The notes under the pieces were generated by a model. The model did not search any database and was not told the DNA's origin. It saw nothing but the letters and a program-made list of their open reading frames with translations. A program made the translations under genes and the position numbers. 64,000 bases of DNA from Nitrospirales bacterium (GTDB lineage Bacteria; Nitrospirota; Nitrospiria; Nitrospirales; UBA8639), in contig CBDCWC010000003.1 in the NCBI GenBank assembly GCA_965223295.1, forward strand, positions 1,600,001 through 1,664,000, written 5' to 3'. Each line of letters begins with the position of its first letter. Position 1 is the stretch's first letter. Shown piece after piece: positions 58,805 to 64,000 of the stretch.

Positions 58805-60019
58805 TTGATGGTGCTTTTCCGTGCCTCGTGCTGGGCGGCGGTGGTCTGCCTGGCGTTAGCGGGAAGTATCATTCCCTCCATCGCCTCCGCTGAAAAATCA
58901 TTTTTTGTCGTTCCAGCGATTTCCACCTCCAAAAACGACGGGAGAGACTTTGGGATCATTGTGCCTGTGTTGGATTCAGATGAGGAAGGCAATCTCCGCT
59001 CAGTCTTGGCTCCCATGCTTATTCATAACTCATTTTTGGGACTCAGGGGGACACTAAACTACTTTCAATATTGGTCAGGTGGAAAACGATTAAAAGCGGT
59101 GGGTTCGTATACGGAAGAGATTGAACGTAAATTTAAGTTACGCTATCAAGACCCAGGGTTTATCGAGGGTTTGTTTTTCGTAGATATTGGAGCGCAGTTT
59201 TTTAAAAATGCCACAAGACGATTTTTTGGCTTAGGCCAAATTACCCCGGAGTCCAATGAATCTAACTATACTGGGCGTGAAATTCTGGTCCATTGGAATT
59301 TTGGGATTCATCTCAATGATGTGACCCGGCTGTCGGTGAATCAACGATTTCGGGATGTGCAAATTCAGCCTGGAGGTGTTGATGATGAACCGTTTTCCCA
59401 AGACGAGTTTTCCAATACACCTGGAATCGATGGTGCGACAATTTTGGCCCATCGGTTAGTTTTTCAATATGATTCTCGGGATAACCTTATTGCTCCTACG
59501 GCAGGTACGCGGGTTGAAGCGTTTGGAGAGTTGGCACAGAATTTTGACCGAAGAGAGATCATTGATGACCAATTCTATTTTCGTTATGGCGTGGATGCCA
59601 GACGGTTTTTCCCTAGTCCGTCAAAGCGGTATATTTTCTTAGTTCGAGGGCGATTACAACTAAGTTTTGGAGATGGCATTCCTTTTTTTGAACAAAGTTC
59701 GTTGGGAGGAGAAAATAACCTGCGAGGTTATGGTCAAGATCGGTTTATTGATAAGCACATGGTTGTGTTCAATGTAGAGGAGCGTATTCATCTCTTACAG
59801 GTCAAGATATTGAATGTCAATGTGGAGTTTGAGTTCACTCCCTTTGTGGATATGGGTCGTACCTATCAAGACTTTTCTTTCCGGCAATTTAACGAATGGG
59901 AGGTCACGCCGGGGGTGGGGTTCCGTGGCATTGTGCGGCCAAACTTAGTTAGCCGCGTTGATTGGGGATATAGCCGGGAAGGCGGGGCGATCTTTGCTGG
60001 GTTGGATTATCCCTTTTGA
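58805..60019 (+). CDS. Omp85 (BamA/TamA-like) beta-barrel without POTRA domains
   Basis: Signal peptide; YDSRDN, LGGENNLRGY loop motif, FVDMG, terminal GLDYPF; ~375-aa mature size. Confidence 0.8.
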   Translation: MMVLFRASCWAAVVCLALAGSIIPSIASAEKSFFVVPAISTSKNDGRDFGIIVPVLDSDEEGNLRSVLAPMLIHNSFLGLRGTLNYFQYWSGGKRLKAVGSYTEEIERKFKLRYQDPGFIEGLFFVDIGAQFFKNATRRFFGLGQITPESNESNYTGREILVHWNFGIHLNDVTRLSVNQRFRDVQIQPGGVDDEPFSQDEFSNTPGIDGATILAHRLVFQYDSRDNLIAPTAGTRVEAFGELAQNFDRREIIDDQFYFRYGVDARRFFPSPSKRYIFLVRGRLQLSFGDGIPFFEQSSLGGENNLRGYGQDRFIDKHMVVFNVEERIHLLQVKILNVNVEFEFTPFVDMGRTYQDFSFRQFNEWEVTPGVGFRGIVRPNLVSRVDWGYSREGGAIFAGLDYPF

Positions 60020-60789
60020 AGCGTGATGCTATTGTCGGATTGTTGATTGTCATGAAAAAAGTGGTTTTTGCTCTATTGTATGTTTTTATTGTTCCCATCT
60101 TCGGATGGCCTCTTTGGAGTGTTGGAGGAGAACTCACAGAGCCAGATACGGCAGAGGGTGTGGTCCAAGAGCTTAAGCAGCTCGTGTCTGAGGGTAAAGC
60201 GAAATCTAATGACCCCGAAGAGTTACGGCATTTGGCTCATCTGTATTTGGATGTCGGCTATGGGTTGTATGTTGATCGAGAGAAACAAATAGCCTCTCTT
60301 CAAGAGGGAGCTCGATTGGCCAAAAAAGCTCTGGAGTTGGATGAATCTTCGGCGACGGGGCATTTTCTGTTTGCAGCTAATTTTGGTAAGGCCGCTCAAT
60401 TGGAAGGCTGGGTGGCCGCAATACGTGCCTTAGGGACATTACAGTATCATGCGAATCGAGTTTTGGAAATTGATGAAAATCATGTGTTGGGGAACTATAT
60501 GTTAGGGGCCATGTATGAGAAACTGCCGTGGTTTTTAGGAGGGGACTCAGAGAAGGCAGGCGAGTATCTCAAAAAAACCATTTCTCTTGATGCTCGGTAT
60601 GCTCCTGCGCACTTGGATCTTGGGAAATGGTACTTAAAACAAGGACAGACTTTGGAGGCGAAAAAAGAATTCATGCAGGTCCTTCATACACCTCCCCGTG
60701 AGAAACAATGGATTTGGAAGCGTATTCATCGACCCGAAGCAGAAGAGTTATTGCAACAAATTGGTGTTTCTAATTCCCAGACTCCATAA
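60016..60789 (+). CDS. Exported TPR protein, TatT (TRAP T-component)-like
   Basis: Hydrophobic N-terminus; helical repeats with LGAMYEKLPWFLGGDSEKA.EYL motif. Confidence 0.65.
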   Translation: MKRDAIVGLLIVMKKVVFALLYVFIVPIFGWPLWSVGGELTEPDTAEGVVQELKQLVSEGKAKSNDPEELRHLAHLYLDVGYGLYVDREKQIASLQEGARLAKKALELDESSATGHFLFAANFGKAAQLEGWVAAIRALGTLQYHANRVLEIDENHVLGNYMLGAMYEKLPWFLGGDSEKAGEYLKKTISLDARYAPAHLDLGKWYLKQGQTLEAKKEFMQVLHTPPREKQWIWKRIHRPEAEELLQQIGVSNSQTP

Positions 60790-60915
60790 AGGGGAAAAGC
60801 CCAAGCCATCACACATTCTCTTCACTCATTTGTCATCCACGAAACAGGATAGTCGGTGGCAAGAGAGTGAAGCGCCTCTTACTCAGTATTTCACCGGCTT
60901 TCTATCACGAATATT

Positions 60916-63570
60916 ATGACCTCCTCATCTGATTGGTTACTACGAGCACTTGGCCGGCTAGCTGATTTTGTAAAGCATTGGGCCTGGTGGGTCCTAGCGT
61001 TGGCCATTTTTGTGACAGCCATTTCCTTGTCTTATGCGTTCATGTATTTAGGGATCAATACGAATACCACCGAGATGCTGGCTGCTGACGTACCCATTCA
61101 AGAAGCGCGCGAACATTATAGGCAAATTTTTCCTCAGAACACGGACTCTATTGTTCTGGTTGTTGAGGCTCGTACGCCGGAGATGGCCCATGCTGCTGTC
61201 AACACGCTTGATAGCATATTAAGGACTATGCCAGACCACATTAAGTCAGTTTATACACCATTCGGAGGATCATTTTTTGAAAAAAATGCTCTGTTCTATC
61301 TTAATGTTGCCGAACTTGAACATCTTTCGGAATCAGTGTCGACGTTACAACCCTTTATTAAAGAGTTGATGCAACAGCGGAATGTCTATGGGCTGTTTAC
61401 TCTCTTAGCAGATCACTATGATCGACTGCAGTGGGAGCAGGAACCCCTTCTGTTTGGGCTTTTTCAAAGAATGGCAGAAGGCATTCAGTCGAGTCTGATT
61501 GGCTTGGACTATGTGTTAGCCTGGCATTCCGTCCTACTGAAGCCAGATCGTCAAACGTCACAGACACGGCGGTTCATTTTGTTGCAACCTTATCTGGATT
61601 ATCAAAAGATGCTGCCAGCCGAAACTGCGCTTCAGGCTGTTCGTGATGTCATTCAAGAGTCGGGTGTGTCAAACATTCCGGGAGTCAGGGTCCGGTTAAC
61701 GGGAGAAGTGGCACTGGCGCATGAAGAGCTTCAGGTTGTTAGCCAGCGTGCAGGGATTGCCGCCGTTCTGTCTCTGATCATGGTCTGTCTCACTTTGACG
61801 CTGACCTTTCATTCATGGCGATTTATGATGATCACCTTGTTAACGCTGATAGTAGGGCTGGCCTTAAGTGCAGGATTTGCCACGGTCGTTGTTGGCCAAT
61901 TGAATATCCTATCCTTAGCTTTTGCGGTCCTCTTTATTGGGTTAGCGGTAGATTATGCGATTCATCTGAGTCTCCGGTACCAGGACCTTCTTACTTTGGG
62001 GAACGAGCCGTTTTTGGCCATGAGAAAGAGTCTGCAAGAAATTGGTCCGGCCTTACTGTTGTGCGCGGTGACCACCGGACTTGGCTTCTACACCTTCGTT
62101 CCAACAAATTACACCGGCATGTCGGAATTAGGATTGATATCAGGAACGAGTATGTTCATCGGGCTGGCCGTGTCACTGACGGTCTTGCCAGCTCTGTTCT
62201 TGGTCTTCCCCTTATCCAAAAAGGATTGTCGTTCCTCTTCTTCTCGCCGGGGCTTGGATGCTGTCTATCAATTTCCCATCCGTCATGGACAGGCCATTCG
62301 ATGGGGAACGGCTGTAATGTTTTTTGGCACTGTCCTCTTACTTCCTCAGGCTTCGTTTGATTGGAATCCTCACAATATACGTGATCCCAATGTCGAATCT
62401 GTTCAAACGATGGATGATCTTCTGGAGGACAAAAACGGAGGGACCTGGCCCCTGACTCTTTTGACCTCTGCGGACGAGATCGATGATGCCGTTTCCCGAC
62501 TGGAAGCCTTGAAATCCGTCGATAAGGTGGTGACGATCAATAATTTTATCCCGACAGATCAATTCGAAAAATTTGTGCTGCTCGCAGGGCTCGCGGATAG
62601 CATGCTACCTCAAGGGCTTGATACGAAGGTCTCAATTTCTCCAGACACTGATACCTCTCTTAATGCGATCCAATCCTTTTTGAGGAACCTAGAAGAATAT
62701 ATTCGGAAAGCAGAGTTGAGTCCTGAGCATTCTGCAGTCCATCTTAGGGATGCGCTGAAAAGTTTTGTTGAGAAGTTGAACGCTAGTGATAACGAAGTAC
62801 AGAAGAATCTGCTTGATCGTGTAGACCACAGTTTGTTGGGGTCTTTTCCGAATGACCAAACATCTGAGCAAGCGATTGCGATGCCGATGGGGCTCATCAC
62901 TCAGAAAGACCTGCCGCAAGAATTAGTTGAACGTTGGGTTGGTTCGAATGAAACGTACCGTCTGGAAGTCTATCCTAAAAAGGATTTGAGGAATCTCAAA
63001 GCCTTAGAAGAGTTTGTGAGCGACGTTCGTCGCATTGCTCCGCAGGTCACCGGTTTGCCTGTCATCTATCTGGATGGTGGCAATGAAGTAGCTGGAGCGT
63101 TCATGCAGGCTTTTGTCTCTGCACTGCTGGTGATAACGATTATCTTGGCGCTTGTCCTTCGAAATATTTGGGATATTCTATTAGTGATTCTTCCTTTGAG
63201 TCTAGCCGCACTCTGTCTGGTAGGGTATACGGTTATTTTTGACATGCCCTTCAACTATGCCAATGTGATTGCGCTTCCATTAATTTTTGGGCTTGGAGCA
63301 GATAGCGGTATTCATATTGTCGAGCGAATGCGAAGAAAGACAGAAGCCTGTGAAACATTTCTGCGGTCCGGGACCATCCGGGGAGTGTTTTTTAGCAGTG
63401 TGACAACCATGCTGAGTTTCAGCAATCTGGCTTATACGTCGCATGTGGGCATCGCCAGCATGGGACAATTGTTAAGCCTAGGGATTTTACTGACATTGAT
63501 TGGGTGTTTGGTGGTATTGCCTGCATTTCTCTATCGTGGCCAGCCGAAAGCGTCAGATATGGCTACCTAG
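60916..63570 (+). CDS. hpnN: Hopanoid transporter HpnN (MMPL/RND family)
   Basis: Two-fold 1+5 TM repeat; VRLTGEVAL..EE, LFIGLAVDYAIH, GLGADSGIH; hopanoid context. Confidence 0.88.
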   Translation: MTSSSDWLLRALGRLADFVKHWAWWVLALAIFVTAISLSYAFMYLGINTNTTEMLAADVPIQEAREHYRQIFPQNTDSIVLVVEARTPEMAHAAVNTLDSILRTMPDHIKSVYTPFGGSFFEKNALFYLNVAELEHLSESVSTLQPFIKELMQQRNVYGLFTLLADHYDRLQWEQEPLLFGLFQRMAEGIQSSLIGLDYVLAWHSVLLKPDRQTSQTRRFILLQPYLDYQKMLPAETALQAVRDVIQESGVSNIPGVRVRLTGEVALAHEELQVVSQRAGIAAVLSLIMVCLTLTLTFHSWRFMMITLLTLIVGLALSAGFATVVVGQLNILSLAFAVLFIGLAVDYAIHLSLRYQDLLTLGNEPFLAMRKSLQEIGPALLLCAVTTGLGFYTFVPTNYTGMSELGLISGTSMFIGLAVSLTVLPALFLVFPLSKKDCRSSSSRRGLDAVYQFPIRHGQAIRWGTAVMFFGTVLLLPQASFDWNPHNIRDPNVESVQTMDDLLEDKNGGTWPLTLLTSADEIDDAVSRLEALKSVDKVVTINNFIPTDQFEKFVLLAGLADSMLPQGLDTKVSISPDTDTSLNAIQSFLRNLEEYIRKAELSPEHSAVHLRDALKSFVEKLNASDNEVQKNLLDRVDHSLLGSFPNDQTSEQAIAMPMGLITQKDLPQELVERWVGSNETYRLEVYPKKDLRNLKALEEFVSDVRRIAPQVTGLPVIYLDGGNEVAGAFMQAFVSALLVITIILALVLRNIWDILLVILPLSLAALCLVGYTVIFDMPFNYANVIALPLIFGLGADSGIHIVERMRRKTEACETFLRSGTIRGVFFSSVTTMLSFSNLAYTSHVGIASMGQLLSLGILLTLIGCLVVLPAFLYRGQPKASDMAT

Positions 63571-63685
63571 TTTTTTTTAACGTGTAGAAAACAATGGAAA
63601 TCAAGTATTGCCATGGTCGTCCACCTATTTAGTCCAACAAGAAGGTATGTTATGATGGTTAACCCCTCCAAAGAAAGAATTCAAT

Positions 63686-64000
63686 TTGTCCGCATCTAGC
63701 TCGCTCTTAACCCCGGCAGCAACGGTTCGAACATTTCGGCCGGTAAATGTTCGGCGTATACTCTGTGTGTTTCCAGCCTATACCAAAGCCTTTGGTACGT
63801 TTGACCATGCCTTTCCTCTTATGGGGCCGGTGAAGGCCTTTATGCCGCCACAAGGGATTCTTCTCATTGCCGCGTTGGTGCCCCAAGAATGGGAAGTCCA
63901 GTTTATTGATGAGAACATTCGTCCAGCTCGAGACAGTGAGTTGGCCTGGGCTGATGCTGTCCTGATATCGGGTATGCATATCCAACGTCATCAAATCCAT
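63686..64000 (+). CDS. hpnP: Cobalamin-dependent radical SAM protein, probable hopanoid C-2 methylase (5' part; runs off the window)
   Basis: Frame open from 63656 to the end: RRILCVFPAYTKAFGTFDHAFPLMGPVKAFMPPQGILLIAALVPQEWEVQFIDENIRPARDSELAWADAVLISGMHIQRHQIH; TTG start inferred. Confidence 0.78.
   Translation, partial: MSASSSLLTPAATVRTFRPVNVRRILCVFPAYTKAFGTFDHAFPLMGPVKAFMPPQGILLIAALVPQEWEVQFIDENIRPARDSELAWADAVLISGMHIQRHQIH

Noticed and set aside
63707-64000. 97-aa minus-strand ORF
   Set aside because: Antisense shadow of the plus-strand hpnP-like gene

Overview
A gene-dense bacterial chromosomal segment. Gene content and protein style suggest a Nitrospirota/Nitrospirales genome, possibly marine; this is an inference. 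Most of it is housekeeping (grxD-bolA, anmK, xth, rpiA-glk, aroE-aroK, uvrC, leuS-lptE-holA, rpsT, thyX-like, serC-serA-hisZ-dnaB, tRNA-Glu, tRNA-His). Highlights: (1) a hopanoid locus at 52.8-64 kb, where shc and hpnG are followed by MlaE/F/D/C-like genes, a POTRA-less Omp85-type barrel, a TatT/TPR-like protein and HpnN, then an unlisted, window-truncated ORF resembling the hopanoid C-2 methylase HpnP; (2) six copies of a ~191-bp MITE, each with its own 5-6-bp target-site duplication and a nested internal terminal repeat, three carrying REP-like palindromic inserts, plus a second 141-bp TTAA-flanked MITE; (3) a FadL-type channel next to an orphan V4R/GAF histidine kinase; (4) pyruvoyl arginine decarboxylase, an aldehyde dehydrogenase and a deoxyhypusine-synthase-like gene, suggesting a homospermidine route; (5) two small ORFs missed by the ORF track and two decayed transporter pseudogenes in an accessory region downstream of tRNA-His. 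No CRISPR array, rRNA or intact transposase was seen. All homology calls are by eye, without database searches.
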